From Phyllosticta citribraziliensis (Eukaryota), in the NCBI RefSeq assembly GCF_038025025.1, contig NW_027117344.1:1736001-1800000 (forward strand): a stretch of DNA of 64,000 nt. Direction: 5' to 3'. Shown one piece after another: positions 36,130 to 49,700 of this stretch (its first letter is position 1; each line of letters starts with the position of its first letter). Both the position numbers and the translations under genes were made by a program. The notes beneath the pieces are model-generated. The model was given only the letters and a program-made list of their open reading frames with translations. It was not told where the DNA came from and searched no databases.

Positions 36130-38846
36130 TAGCTTAGGGAATAGTAGTCGCCAATTGCCATTATGGATTGCACCTTGGATCTTTCTCCGTCCGTCAGCAG
36201 CTCAGGGTCGCCCCCACAATCTGTTTGAAATAACCAGAAGCTGACTGAGCCTTCGAAGCATCCCGTCAGCTCTTCTCAGCCAACTCGAGGATGCGCGTTG
36301 CCGCAAACCTACCGCCCCAAACACCATCATCAAAAACGCCAGCCAATCACGAAGCGCTCGGACTGCACCTCAGAAGCTGCAGCGAGCGGACGACGTGTCC
36401 AATCGCAATCAGGCAAATACGCAGGCAAATACGACGCCCGGGGCAGATAAGATCGCAGGGGTGGTGGTGAGCAGCCTTGCGCAGGCGGAAATTGCGGCGA
36501 CGGGAGAGCAACGGCCGGGCGAGGCGGCCTCTTGTTATCCCACCTCCTTGTCTCTGCCGCTAGGCCCAAAAAGGGAAACGTCGAGATGGATGGTTGACGA
36601 TGTGCTGTGAGCGCGTGCTCCAATTGGCGGCGCGCATGCGAAAAGAAATGCTGGAGGGGAGTGTTGGGAGAGCGCTGGGTTAGGGATTTCTGCAAGCGTT
36701 TGATTGCATGTTGCCTTTTTTGGGTCGACGCAACTGACTGGCTGACTACTGACTGGTCGTGGGATCTCAAATCAGCGTGGGGTCAGCGTGAGCATGGAGC
36801 GTTGGTGGGCGGTTGGACGAGAAGCGCTGTGACAGCTGCGGCGGCGGCGGCGGGAGGACGCGGAGCGCCCGCCGTGGCCGCGCTGGCGGAGAAGGGCTAT
36901 CTGCCTTGCTACACACTGTGTTGTCCCTGTGCTGAAGGTGCCTGACAGTGAGCAATACCTGGGCCAGCTCGGCAGGGGTCGATGGGATGGATGGTCCAGG
37001 GGTGCCTGACACGCGTGCGCGCGCGCTCCCGCGCCTCGTACCTGACGGCGACGAATCTGGGGTTTGCGATCGACGGGGCCCGGTTCTAGTGTCTCGGGGC
37101 ATGGGCCTCCGGGCTGGGATGCTGCACGAGGACACTGTCAGGCCGTTGTGTAAATTGCTGACTTCAAGGCCACTGGCTGGTCAGGTTCGAGCTGAACGAG
37201 TAGCAGAGCTTGGACATGTGTGTGCTTGAGTTTGTTACAGCTCCTGGAAGCTGCAAGGAAAAAAAAAAAGCGTCGCAATCGTTGGACGGAATTGTTGACC
37301 TGTTTGGTGGCATCGCCGTTATTTTCCACGCTCGCGCTTAATGCGTCTGCTCGTGCTGCGCGTTCGTTGATAATCTGACGAATAGGAGCAAGTTTCAAAA
37401 TCTGCGAGATGGCGTCGTCAGTGCAGTACGGTGGCGGCGGGAACCTGAAGCAAACACTGACCATCGACGGGGTCAGACGATCTTCGAGATGCGATATTGA
37501 TACACTGAGCACTGACGGCGGAACAGCCCTACGACCAGAATTTTGTGAGCCTCATGACGAAGGCATCTCGTCGCTGTTGAGCCAAGGTCGATGAGTAACT
37601 CAAGAAAGCTGGACGGGCTTCTTATCTCAGCCCTTTAACTTCCAATCCCCTGGATAGTCAATATAGCCTAATTTGACATGGCCGCGTGTGAGTCAGTCAG
37701 TCAGCTTCTCAAGCCTTTAACGCAACCGTTGGACCGGTTGGTAAATGGGAAAACGTTGTCCGTTGAATGCTTGGGTCTGAGTCGGCATTTGCTTGGGAGT
37801 TGCTTTTGCTCTGCGCTCAAAATGCGCAAGTCTAGAGAAGAAGAGACGTCGTCCAAGACTTGATTGAGATCGCGACCAAAGAGGTTGAAATCTCGTTTCG
37901 CTTTCTGAAGCATTGGGCTTGAAGTTTCGTCAATTGGCCAATGAGAAGGGAGTATTCGGTGGCGACTGGATGATTTACAGGAGGGTCCCTCGCGCCCGCC
38001 GCGACATCTGGTGCGACTTGTAGGCTTGTATCATGTATGCTTAATCGATTCTCGGGAGGATTCTGGCCGTGGGCCGGCCTGGCCAAGGTGAATTCAACAC
38101 CCGCTGCACTGCGCAGTACAAAAGATCTCTCGAAGAATCGAAGAACGCAGTTTGGACCGTTGACATCACCGTTCAAACAGCCATCGCTGTCGTTACAAGG
38201 AGGTTTTCAGAAGTCTGTACAATGCAAAGTGAGATGATGCCAGCGAGACTCAAAAACAAGTGATTTGCAAAACAGCGAGGGTATTCAACTAGTCTACAAA
38301 TATGCTAAACAGAGGAAAGGCTTGCAAGTGGTATTGAGCTCATTGCCACAAAATAATCATGACACGGACAGCAAGAGTTGTCTTGCTCCGGGTCGACGGG
38401 CGCCGGCTGACGCAGTAAGCCTCCGCAATGGCTCCGGCAGTCATCTCGAATTACGGATGCATGATATTATGTAGAGAGACTATGCCTTAATGCGTTGCTC
38501 GACGACAGCCGGTGTCTCGAGCCGCTTCCACCTCCAACTTTGGTGATCGAGGTGCCGTTGCGGCATTCTCCACTGGCGGGATGCTCCGCAAATTCGTATC
38601 TTCGTCCATCTTCCAACTCAACGGACTAACAGGTTGATGATGCAGCGTCGCTGAGCGCTCGAGGAGCAAGGCCGTCGTTTCGGAGGATTTTGAGAAGCAA
38701 CAACACAATAGCCTTGCTTCACGGTGGAAATGCTGTCGATGTGGCTCTACGATCTAGGTATTAAGCCGCAAGCGCCTGTAAGGTAGTCGAGCCTGAGACC
38801 GAGCGTGGCCGCATCAGTCGCGAACTGATGAGCGATTTCCGTAAAT

Positions 38847-39850
38847 TTACTCGATCTCCAACAACTCTTTCAGGCGATGTATTTCGACGTGGTCCCTTCA
38901 CTTGGTTAGCAGAAACCATAGACGGCCCGCAGTGCTCAAAGCATACCGGAAGTGTTTCATGCGATTACACCAGATCACCTCCTCGTTTTCGAAGAGAAAT
39001 TCTCCGCCAATCTGGAGCCAGTGACCGCTTTTCATGGCCGCCTTGACGCCTTGTTTTGACACCTGCTCGTTGGCCTGGACCATTTGACCGTAAATCCACT
39101 TTGGAATTGAAATGTCTTTCATGTAGTCTGGTCGCTTGTTTCCAAAGTCCATAGTCCAGGACATGCCAAGCGCGTGGTACAGCGCTCGTGTGGGGTCGGC
39201 ATATATGGGAAAAGGACAACCAGTGTACTCTTTGTACGGGGTAATCATATTCGTACCTCCACAGCCGATGACGGTGATTGATGTCGGAATCGGCATAGTG
39301 AAGTATGACTGTGGAGTAATGGTTTTGGTCAAGGCTTTCAAATAGGCTTGACATGCCTTGTCAGAGTTAGAAGATGCATGAATGGAGTCAGAGAGGGCCA
39401 ACCCACACCGCAGTAGAAATGTCGTACGAATATAATCAATTGTCTTTCACCTATTGCTGTAGGTCCACTCCAAAGGCTTCCAAATGATCTGGGCTTGTTG
39501 TCTTTGTCGTATACGGGAATCTGGCTAACGGTTTCGAGAAAGCTCCGGCCAGGACAGTCAACGGACACGTTTACGTCTTCGCGAAATTTGTTGAAGTAGT
39601 CGTCATAGTCAAACTCTTGCGTGTTCTCCTCAAACCGGACGTGATTGTGACCATTACACTCATTCGATCGACAACTCGGATGGCTAGTTGGCGCGGTACT
39701 GTGGGTGTCGTTCGAGTCCCGTCCTGAACTTGAAGGAGGTTCGAGCAAATCCGAGCTGTCGTCAGAGAGTGGCATCACATGGCGGTAGCGATGGTGGAAG
39801 AATTCCATGTCGGATGAAGACGATGAGGACCACCGCGACACGGGTGTCAT
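38847..39850 (-). CDS. AhpC/TSA-like thioredoxin-fold protein (PRXL2/AAED1-like); exons 39850-39407, 39356-38947, 38895-38847
   Basis: Spliced: LIIFVRHFYCGACQAY (CxxC)...ITVIGCG...PFPIYADPTRALYHALGM...QIGGEFLF...WCNRMKHFRDHVEI. Start codon uncertain. Confidence 0.85.
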
Positions 39851-42398
39851 CGCGGACCGCCCGATGGAGGTTTGATGGATGGGCGAAGGGTGCTTTGAGA
39901 GGGCGCCGCAGCGGTTGCGGCTATGGAATATGATAAGACTTGGGGATATTATCCGTCAAGAGTCATCCTGGTAAGCGCAAGAGGGGATAGATGAGGGGAA
40001 CGTGCACATGGGAGAGCGAGGAGCGGTTGGACAAGGCGGCGGGTGGAATTTGCCCAGAATTGAATGATCCCAGCAGCCTAGGACACAGATCCCAGCAACC
40101 AGGGCGTTTCTTGCTCGGGAATGTCATAAGCAATACACGGCAGCAGACCTGAGAGAGGGCTGGCCGGGAGGCGCGGCGGCGGCGCTGCCGTCGTCGTGGC
40201 CGTGTCACCGCAAAAAGTCGTCTTCTGCAGCTCGCCACGCAACATCGGGCCCTCCGACATGGCGCGTTTTCTACATGCGGCTGAGGGGCCAGTCAGATTG
40301 AGCGCCGGACTTCCAGTCTCAGAAAGGTTGCACTGTAATCGGAAGGCAAGCAAGGGCACACAGAGTTGGCCCTGACCAAGCCCGCGGCTCTCGGTGTTCG
40401 CGGTCTGGAGGAGAGGGTTGCTCTGTTTCAACGACCGCTCGGCAGGGTGATTGTCGCAGAGCAGCCACAAGGACGAGCCTTAGCATCGGACAGTCTCTAG
40501 GATGGTCCCGGGGCGAGTAGAGTTGCTGCGCCTGGCGTGCAGCAGGGCCGTCAATGACAGCCGGCGGAGCACTGTGGCACCCCGCATGGAGAGGAGAGCA
40601 AAGGCCGGCGACACACACGAGAGCGCAGGGACGTTGCATCGGTCGATGGACGGTGGATGGCACATGAGGTTGTGGTGCGGGACAAGGAGCAGCCGGCAGA
40701 TCCGCCCACGTCCCGCTGGGTCCCCGTCCCCGTCCCCGCCGTCGAAATGTGTCCGAACTTACGTCATGCCCATCCATCCCATCGCGACCCCCGATCCCAA
40801 TCGCGCTTCACTTCATTCGTCCCTTAACCTTTGACTTTGTGCCTCCGCAATCTGATCCGTTCTCGCGGTCCCTCGTCCAGATTGCCAACCCTGCCCAGCT
40901 CAGGTACCGTTTTGTCGACGACGCCAGCGGCAGTCGCCCGCAGCCGCCGTCAATACCAACGAGGCTGCAGACACGACATGCAGTCGCCGCCATTAGTAGA
41001 GCTGCCCACAGTGGTCGAAATCCAATCATCGTCGTCACAGCGCTTCGGCTGCCCCGCTGATTACTTTCCATTGCAGTTCCAATGTCCAAGCAACAACAGC
41101 CGACGAAAAATACCCTGCCGTTGTCATGACAAAAATCGGGAGCCAAAACCTGGATGGCCGTCGTATAGCCGGAAATGCTACTGGTCTCTGTAGTTCCCGG
41201 ACTCAACACCTGAGCCGCTTCGGATTCTCACTGCCACATCTCTCCTCTCCAAGGCCAAGCACAGGAAGCCTCCCTTTTCGCAACACAGGCAGTGTACCGA
41301 GCTTCGTGTTTCCAAACAACCTAGCAAAAGTCAACGGATAGATATCCAGCGGCTGATCCCACGCCCATGACCCTGCCGGCCTCCAACACTCCTCAGTCCG
41401 CCCTGCCCCCAAGGCTCCGATCGAGCATGAGTGGAATTCCACACGGTTTGCTGGGTTGTGGATCACCACGGCAAATTGGAGACTGCGCTGCTGCGCAATT
41501 TTCTCTCCAAAAGCTGTTCAAACACAGCAACCGAGAGCGTCGCGCGACTCGCAGTCAAGCCATTCAATTGCAACCATGGACAAAAACGTCATTTTACGAT
41601 CTTGCTGCCAACCTATGATCCTCTTGGAATACGGGAGGACATGCAAGATAGACGTTACGTCCAGCCGTGAGTGGATTACGCCTCCTTGCCAGGATCTAGC
41701 CGTTGGTATCCGCGTCCGCGAGTTCCTCTTGTCCAGACTATCCCTGCTGCGAACATCTCAAAAATGGAAGACGCGAGCGAGCGCGAGACTCACAGGTTGC
41801 AGTGTGGCTTGTGGCAGACCATTTCGTTTGGCCTTGCTTTTGCGCCTGGAGGACCGACGCATTGACTCTTAGCTGGTCAACACCTCGACGCTCAAGATGC
41901 TTGCAAAGCCAGCGCTGACCAAACACGGCCTTTGAGTTTGCACAGCACTCAAGTTACGCAAAGGCCGGGTGAGTATCTCAGTGTCCATGCCAGTTATTTT
42001 CGTTTTTTAAATCCGTCATTCCCGGGCGGAACCAGTCCAGCCGCCTCAGGCATAAGAGGTGTTGTACATTTCAGAGTTTCGGAGCATGTCCCCAACAGAA
42101 TTCGGTTAGTCTCCCCCTTCGAACGCGTCAGTCCATCATCCGAACTTGAACAGGCCAGTTTGCGATGGGTCAATCGAGCACACCCTACATGCTGACTCCA
42201 TGGCGTAGCAATTATCCGATGGAACAGTCTGGAGATCAGCGACTACAGTGCACCCACATCCTCGACTCTCATGAACGACACGGTTGCGCGGTTGTGATAC
42301 GTTCATTTTCTCAACCATTCCAGTCTATTTGTTTCTATTTTCCCGGTCTACCTGGACGTCAGACCCGCGATCCAAACCAGGCACAACACATCGCACAC

Positions 42399-45062
42399 CT
42401 ACGCCACAAGTTTCGTGCCATTTTCCTTTGTGGCGAAATCAAAGAGACCTTGCAAAAGACTCTGTTCGCCGTCTGCAAGCGGCCATCGGACAAAAACTCC
42501 CGGCTTACCCCACGGAGCATCCAACACAACCGCTTTCCCTGGCTTGTAGAGAGCACCTGTCCAAAGGTGCTTGAATCTGACGCCGCTGTCAACCTGAGCG
42601 CCTACGCTGTTGAGCTCGACCTCTGGCAACTGGACGGACAGCTTTTGATCTGTCACGTTGTAGACGGGTGCAATCAACAGCGCCTCGCCAAACCAGAACA
42701 CCTCATCCACAACAGCCGAAGCGACTGTGCCGTTGTTGCTGTAAACCACTGGATGTCTCTGCAGCGGCCATCCCTTCTCCTGATACTCTTCCATCAGAGC
42801 CTTGCGGTAGTCCTTCAGGCTGCGGAACAGGCGCGAGTTGTACGCATGATACGCTAATGTTGTCGAGTTGGTGTAGGTCTGCGCGTTGACTGATGGAATG
42901 TTGCCCTCGTGGGTACGGAACGCCGCACCACTAAAGGCACCGAGCTCACCCCAGCGTCCAAGAAGCGCCGCCGTCCGCGTGATGTTGTACACCGGCGACA
43001 AGGTGTTGGTGTATCCGCCAACGTCACTGTGCGAGTGGCCCCAGCCGCTGAAGCCTACGTGAAGAGTCGCGCTGACCGACGACCTCATTCCATCTTCGCG
43101 CGTTGCGTCGATATTTTGATCTCCAACCCAAAACAAGTTGGTGTAGGGAGCGCTCCAAGTGGATGCGCTCCTGTGGAATCCAACGGTATCGTTCGCCCGA
43201 CCGACCTCTTCGGTGGCCTCTCGCAAAAGGCGAGCCCACTCTCCTGGATACGCATTGTGGAAGACACGGGGATCCACGTTGCCAGAGGAGATGGACACGG
43301 AGTCGTCGACAGCCAAGTACTCGCCAAAATCTTGCATGGCACCCGAAATGGGCACGCTGTAGTACTGTTCCTTGAACAAGTCCTTGAACCACTGGACAGT
43401 GGTCTCGTTTGAAATATCCAAAAGACCGGCATCGATGCCCGGACCGCTGGTTACTGTCCATGGAGTGTCGTCGCCGGTCGTCGCATTGAGGACAAAACGC
43501 CCCCCAGCCTTGGCCTCATCGTAGAAGGATCTTGTGTACCCGGTGCTCTTGCTGCTGACATTTGCCAGGAAAGTGTTGACGTAGCTCATGGTCCGGACTC
43601 CGTACGTGTCCCAGAGATGCGGCACCCAGTCACTCCACGTAGGATACAGTTCTTGATCGGCTTCCCAGTTCCACCAGAGCCTGCTCAGAGAAATGTTGAA
43701 GGCCCCCGATTGGAGGCGGGTTCCAGACCAGTCCTGTAGCCAGACAGCAACGAGCGGCAGGCTCGCATTCTTGGCCGCCTTCACGATACCTTCGACCTTC
43801 TCTTGCCCGCCTTGGATACCCAGGATCGCGCCGTCGTGTACCCAGTCTGGCAGACGGGGCTGGCGTCCGGTAATGCTGGTGAGAGCTCCCACAGCCTCAA
43901 GCAGCGGGTTACCCTTCTCAACCTTGCCAACGAAGCCTTCGACCGTCGGACCTTCGTACACAACCTCAATCGTTGCTCCAGCGGTCGCCGAAAGGTCGCC
44001 GTCCTGGTTCTCCCCAGCCACCGCGGCGGCGGCCGTGTCTTTCAGCGTCCTCGCCGGCTTCTGGCTCGCCAAATCCACAACCGCGAACGCACTGCCGCTC
44101 AGCACCCACAGGCGTCCGAGGCTGCTAACCCACGTGCCGACTGCCGTGTAGGCCGTCAGCGCGGAGCCTCCTGCAAAAGTGCCCGCGACGGAGGGGTTGC
44201 CATTCAAATAGTTGGAAACGAGGTCAGTACCGCGTCCGACGCCGCCTTCACGGCTCCAGACCGGAATGAGGCGCCCACGCAGATTTCCGAGCGATGGCTG
44301 CGCACCGAGACCGTAGAAAGCTTCATCCGAGGGGGATGCGAGGGCGATGTGAGTGTTGACGTTGAGCGGCTGGTCTGTGGAGTTTGAAGAGGCGGAAATA
44401 GAAGCATTGAAAGCAACAACGCCCGAGGGCGAGGAATCCGAGGGCGCCAGAGACAGCGTCCAGACGTAGGACTGGCAGTGGGCTGCCGTGTCCTCAAAAT
44501 GGCCGGAAAGGCTGATCTGGTTCGATGCGGCCTGGGTGGTGCTGGTCAAGACGGGCGAGGTGCAGGGAGCCGAGAGCAGAGTTGCGTCGATTTCAAAGTT
44601 TCCAGACGAGTCGGTGATGTTGGCTTGGCCGGTAGACACGGTGATGAAGGGGCGGTCCGACGGTGCTGCGAGGCAATTGTCAGCCAGCTGTCATTGACAT
44701 GCCAAATATTGCAGCCTTCTCAGAAGAAGCAGAGAGCAACAACGCCAAAACACTCCACCTGTACCGGTGCAATATTACTCACTTTTCCACACCTCGGCTC
44801 CGCCGCTCGTGAGCACCTCGAAGGACGGCGCGCTCTTGTTGACGCTCACACGAAAGTCGCCCAAGCTGTAGTCCTGAACAGTGCCGGTCGAATTGGTGGT
44901 GGCATTGGTCGAAGTCAAGGCCGCCGCCGCCGAGCGCACCCATGACTGCGCGGCCGCTGCCAGCACAGCTTGATACGGTAGCACCATGGCTATCCCCAAG
45001 GCAGCAAAAAAACGAAGCCAAAAAGGAACGACAGTAGTAGTGGTGGGCGACGCGACACGCAT
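42399..45062 (-). CDS. Secreted glycoside hydrolase family 31, YihQ/sulfoquinovosidase-like; exons 45062-44783, 44665-42399
   Basis: Motifs SREGGVGRG, LGIQGG, VWLQDWSG, SRLWWNW, MQDFGEYL (nucleophile Asp), WVGDQN (acid/base Asp), HSDVGGYT, FRTHEGN. Hydrophobic N-terminus and many NxS/T sites. Intron 44782-44666 (GTGAGT...GCTGAC...GCAG). Confidence 0.9.
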
Positions 45063-45677
45063 GCACAGCCAGGCCAAAAAAATTGACTCAGCAGCAGGGA
45101 AACAAGGTGCGGCTCAAACAAAGAGTCCTTTTCCAGAAAAGAGCCGCATCGATCGAGTTAATATGTACCTGGACCAATGTATGTCGTTTTCTTTTCCCCG
45201 CCGGCCGGCGGCGCCTCGCCTCGGTAATAATCTACAGAAAAGTAGGCATCTATCCGTACGAGGTGACGACTGACGAGCGACAAGCCCCAAGCGACCGACC
45301 GACCGACCGCTCTCTTCATTCCGGGCCTTCATTGCGTGCTTCGCTCCGACGACCAACGAAGCACGCCATACGTACATGCATGGTACCTACTTATCCATTA
45401 CTCGGCAGCGCCCGCGGGCCCGCAGCAGATGATTAACTAGGTACCGCTACTCTACTCCTGCAGTCGAACATACCGCGGGAACACTCAATTAATTCGGTCA
45501 AGGCAGCCTCGCTCGCTCGCTTTCATGTCCCCCCGCCCGCAGTTAGTTAACAAACAGACTAACCCCAGGACTACGCCGAATGGGCCCGGGAAACCATCAT
45601 CCGTCGCAGGCGAGTAGTAGTGGGTGGTGGTACCAAACGAGTTGCCTATCTCGTCGTATGGCCCGGCCCGATGACGA

Positions 45678-45687
45678 ATGACGTCAT
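45678..45687. promoter_or_regulatory. Palindrome ATGACGTCAT, candidate bZIP site (CYS-3/MetR consensus ATGRYRYCAT; also CRE/ATF-like)
   Basis: Perfect 10-bp palindrome ~615 bp upstream of the GH31 ATG; related ATGGCGCC at 45831-45838. Confidence 0.4.
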
Positions 45688-46721
45688 TGTTGCTGCTCTT
45701 GACGACTTCCTTGCCTGGTTGATCTCCACCGTCTGTCTGTCGTGATTCGATGAGGCTTCTGGTGTGCTACTGTGTTTTGCCAGATTACATTACCTTGGCA
45801 TCCCAAGTTGGTCAGCGCCACCATTGACTGATGGCGCCCACGTTAGAGGGTGACACGGGATGCTGGCATTGGATGAGAGGAGGTGAGATGAGATGGATTG
45901 CTGTTGCTGCGAGTCAGAGCGGCGGGGTGCTTTTCTTGTTGTGGGGGCCGTTGGTGTCGCCCTCTTTATAGGCGTGAGGATGAAGGAACGGAACGAAATT
46001 CAACTTTGATGCATTCGTCCAGAGAGAGAAAGAGGGAATGCGTACGGACGACTCCATTATTCCTTCTACTAGAGCAATATTCAAGCTCATCCAGAGACGG
46101 GGCACTCAATCTCTCATCCTCTGCACAAGACAGACAACAACCAGCAAAATCGTGAGATCGGCGGTGGCAGCAGCAGCAACAGCTGCGTGAACCACGAACA
46201 CAAAATTCAAAAGCGTTGAATTTCAAACGTGCAACACACAAAAGCAACCATATGTCCGCTGCTTCATCCATCTAGGTACATGAGTTTGGCAACAATCTTT
46301 CAATCTATGAATCAATCTATCGGTCCCATGCACACACGCATCATGAAGAATGACGACCAGCCAAACCAGTTATACCCAAAAGAGAAAAAAGCCAGGAAAG
46401 AAAGAAAGAAAGAGAGAGTCGTCCGAGGTCTACTACTGCTACTACCCCCACCACCCTACATGATTGCAGACAAAACAACGTGAATGCTCCCCCGCCCGCC
46501 CGTACATCCATCCATCTAATGTCTAGCGCCGGCGAAGGAGAGCAAGGTCTAATTAGCGGGAAAGGAAAGAATGGAAAGGTAAGGAAATGGACGTGACACT
46601 ATGTATAGAAACCGCGCGTGAAAAAAGAAGAAACCAACAAAGTACTTTTCGTCATGCCAACCAACATGTCCCATCTATACTTCAACCAAGCAAGACGCGG
46701 ACGACGACGATGGCAAGGTGC

Positions 46722-49700
46722 TTAAGCATCGTCGTCACTGTCGGGCGGGTGCGGGGTGCCCTTGGGGCTGTTGAGCCACTCGATATGGCGCAGCCTGCGG
46801 CGGACCTCGCGCTCCTTCTGCTGGGCACGGGTGAGCTTCTTCTTCTTCTTGGCCTTGAACTTGAGCTCGCCGCCGGCGTTCTCAGCCTCCGAGTTGACGG
46901 CGGATGCGGCGGCGCTGCTCGCGGCGGTGCTGGCTGCCGCGCTGGCGGCCGCACTGCCCTCGGGCGTGCCCTCGAAGCGCGACGCGTCGACGGCGTTGTT
47001 GAGCTTGGACACGACGCGTCCGTCGGCGACGTGCCACTGCTCGGGGCACAGCGCGCCAACGAACTCTTCGTTGTGAGAAATCATGACGACACCACCCTTG
47101 AAGTCGCGGATGGCAGCTGCGAGACCGCCCATCGAGTCGCGGTCCAAGAAGTTAGTCGGCTCGTCGAGGACGAGAATGTGCGGGTTGTTCCACATCTGAG
47201 AAAACGTCAGTCGGATCATCATGGCATTCACATGGGTTGAATAAACTTACCGCGCCAGCGATAACGACCTTGACCTTCTGACCTCCAGAAAGACCGCCGA
47301 TCTCATTGTGGTTCGCAATCTCGGGGTCAAGACCAAGATCATCAAAGTGCTGGGAAATGACCTTGGGCTCGAGCTGTCTGTAACCAAGACCCTCACGCGA
47401 GGACTCGTGGTCGTCAAACTCCTGGACCAGCTTTTGGAAACCCAGCTCGAGCAGCGTCTCGCGAGAAATCATCGTGTTGTACTTGGGCAACCAACCGACC
47501 CACTTGACCTCGTACTGGAAACTCTTCTTCCACTTCTGACGACCAATCAGAGCCTCGATATTTCTGGAGCCCTTGCCGTCTCCAATATCGATTGGCTTGG
47601 CCATCTGTGCCTTGTCCTCTTCGGTCATGATGCGAGTCTGCTTCATAAACACTTCGCGGTCGTCACCGTTGGCGTAACGCCACTGCAGATACTGGTTGGG
47701 TGTCTTCTCCATGTGCATCTCGACGTGCTCCAGGGCGTGCTGCTTGATGTATCCAATACGCAGGTTGGGGTGCTTCTCGACCCGGCCTTGCTGGGGAATG
47801 ACCTCGCCCGTGAGAATCTTGATGAGCGTGGATTTACCAGCACCGTTGGCGCCAATAATGGCCACACGAGAGGAGAGCGTGAGGGAACAGGTGACATCGT
47901 GAAGAGATGGCTTAGTAGAGCCCGGGTACGTGTAAGTGCAGTTGCTCATGCGGAGAATGGCACGCGTGTTGGACTTGACACCAGTCAAGATACCTGGAGG
48001 CGGGAACTTGAATTGAACCTGCAGGTTGGAAAGCGTGTAGTAGCTCTTGGCCTCGGGCTTCTGCTTGACAAACTCGGCCAAGTTGCCCTTGTAGCAGACG
48101 AGCTTCTTGTTCTCGTAGTGGTAAATGTCGGTACACACTGCGTCCAGGAAACTCGAGTCGTGGGATACGATCAAGCTGGTAATCTCGGTGTGGCTCCTGA
48201 GATACTCCTCGACCCAGGCGATGTTTGCAACGTCCAAGTGGTTAGTCGGTTCGTCAAGCAAGAAGACGTCGGCGCGCATCAACATGGCACGAGCAAGAGC
48301 GAGCTTCATCTTCCAACCACCAGAGAGAGAGCCGACCTTTTCAAATTGGCGACCTTCGGGGCCAGCTGTGAAACCGACTTCCTCGAGAACTTGGGAGATG
48401 CGCTCCCTACTCTCGTCCTGGAATCTGGGGTCGTTGGAAATGTACTCCAGGATGCTCAAGTCGGCATCCTCGCCCTGGTTGTGCTCGACGAAGCAAGTCC
48501 TGACCTCGTCTTGGGGAGGGAAACCTTCAAGCTTGCCTTCGGCGATACTCCTCATCAAGGTGGACTTTCCAGCACCGTTGCGACCACAGAGACCGTAGCG
48601 ATGTCCCTTCAAGAGGCGGAGGTTGGTGTGGGAAAGGAGAAGCATACCACCGTATCCAAGAGAAAATGTGGCGTTGACGATTTCGGTCTCGCCATCATCC
48701 TCCTGGACAGGCTTTCCAAACTTGCGCTCATCTTCCTCGACAAAATGTTGGTGGACGGATTCGGCAATGGGCGAGGCAGCGCCCTCCTTGACGAGCTGCC
48801 GGATGTAGGGCTCAATGTTGCTGACGACGCGCTCAAGCGCACGCTGGTTGACGTCCTCAGCAACAATTGCTGAAACGTAGGCGCGAACAAACTTCCAAGT
48901 ATCGCTGTCCCCGGGGTAGTTGAGAAGACCACCGTTTGCGCCAACCGCCTTGTCCAGAACAGCACCAGCATCCTCAGCCTCGGTGTGTCCGGCAGTTCCA
49001 TTTGCGGTGTTGTCGCTGTCCTCTCCCATTGCGTGACTAATCGTGGCCACGGCACGGGACGCAATTTCACGGACTTCTGGGAGAGAGGCGCGGTTCTTGA
49101 CACCCTCAACACCAGGCTTGAGCTTGGGCAAGAAAGTCCTGGCCTCGACTGGGTCATGGACAAGCTTGGTCAAGTTCTCAACAACAACGCAAGTTTGGCG
49201 CAACACTTCCTGGCTGGTGGTGGGGTTGTTGAGGGCACGCTCCAGTGGAGGAGTAAGGAGCGCAAGCACAGGCGAAGTAACAATAGCGACAAAGGTGGTC
49301 ATGGACAAGGCGTGAATGGCCTTGAACAGATTCTCCGTCGCAGGATTTTCCATGTACTTGAGCAAAAGAGGGATCTTGGGGCCGACGTCGTCGTTCTGGA
49401 GCAGAGTCGTGAGGGAGGCCATGGCCTTGTTGGCTTGTTTCGAAACTTCGGACTTGAGGTCGTGCATGCCCTCCTCCACAATTGGGATGAGACCAGCCAA
49501 CTTTTTGCCCATGGCTTCGCGCAAAATGTCCTTTTCCTTCTCGGCTTCGAGGCTCTCCATTCCCATCTTGGCCTTATCAGCCATCTTGGTCAGCAGCACG
49601 TAGGCGCCGACAGCACCCTGCCACTTTCCAGACCGCTTTGCGAGATAGTTGGAGAGCACTGGGAGTAGGCCGTATACGTAGGTCTCTGCCTTGAGACTGG

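Noticed and set aside
36676..36686. GGGTTAGGG, a telomere-like 9-mer considered as a telomerase RNA template
   Set aside because: A single short match is expected by chance, and no supporting pseudoknot or CR4/5 structure was identifiable.
38487..38708. Short minus-strand ORF downstream of the AhpC/TSA-like gene as an extra exon
   Set aside because: The spliced gene already ends at TAA 38847 with a family-typical C-terminus.
47308..48873. 521-aa plus-strand ORF, and similar long antisense ORFs over DBF2, FUM1 and the GH31 gene
   Set aside because: These are shadows of codon-biased genes on the opposite strand and have no motifs of their own.
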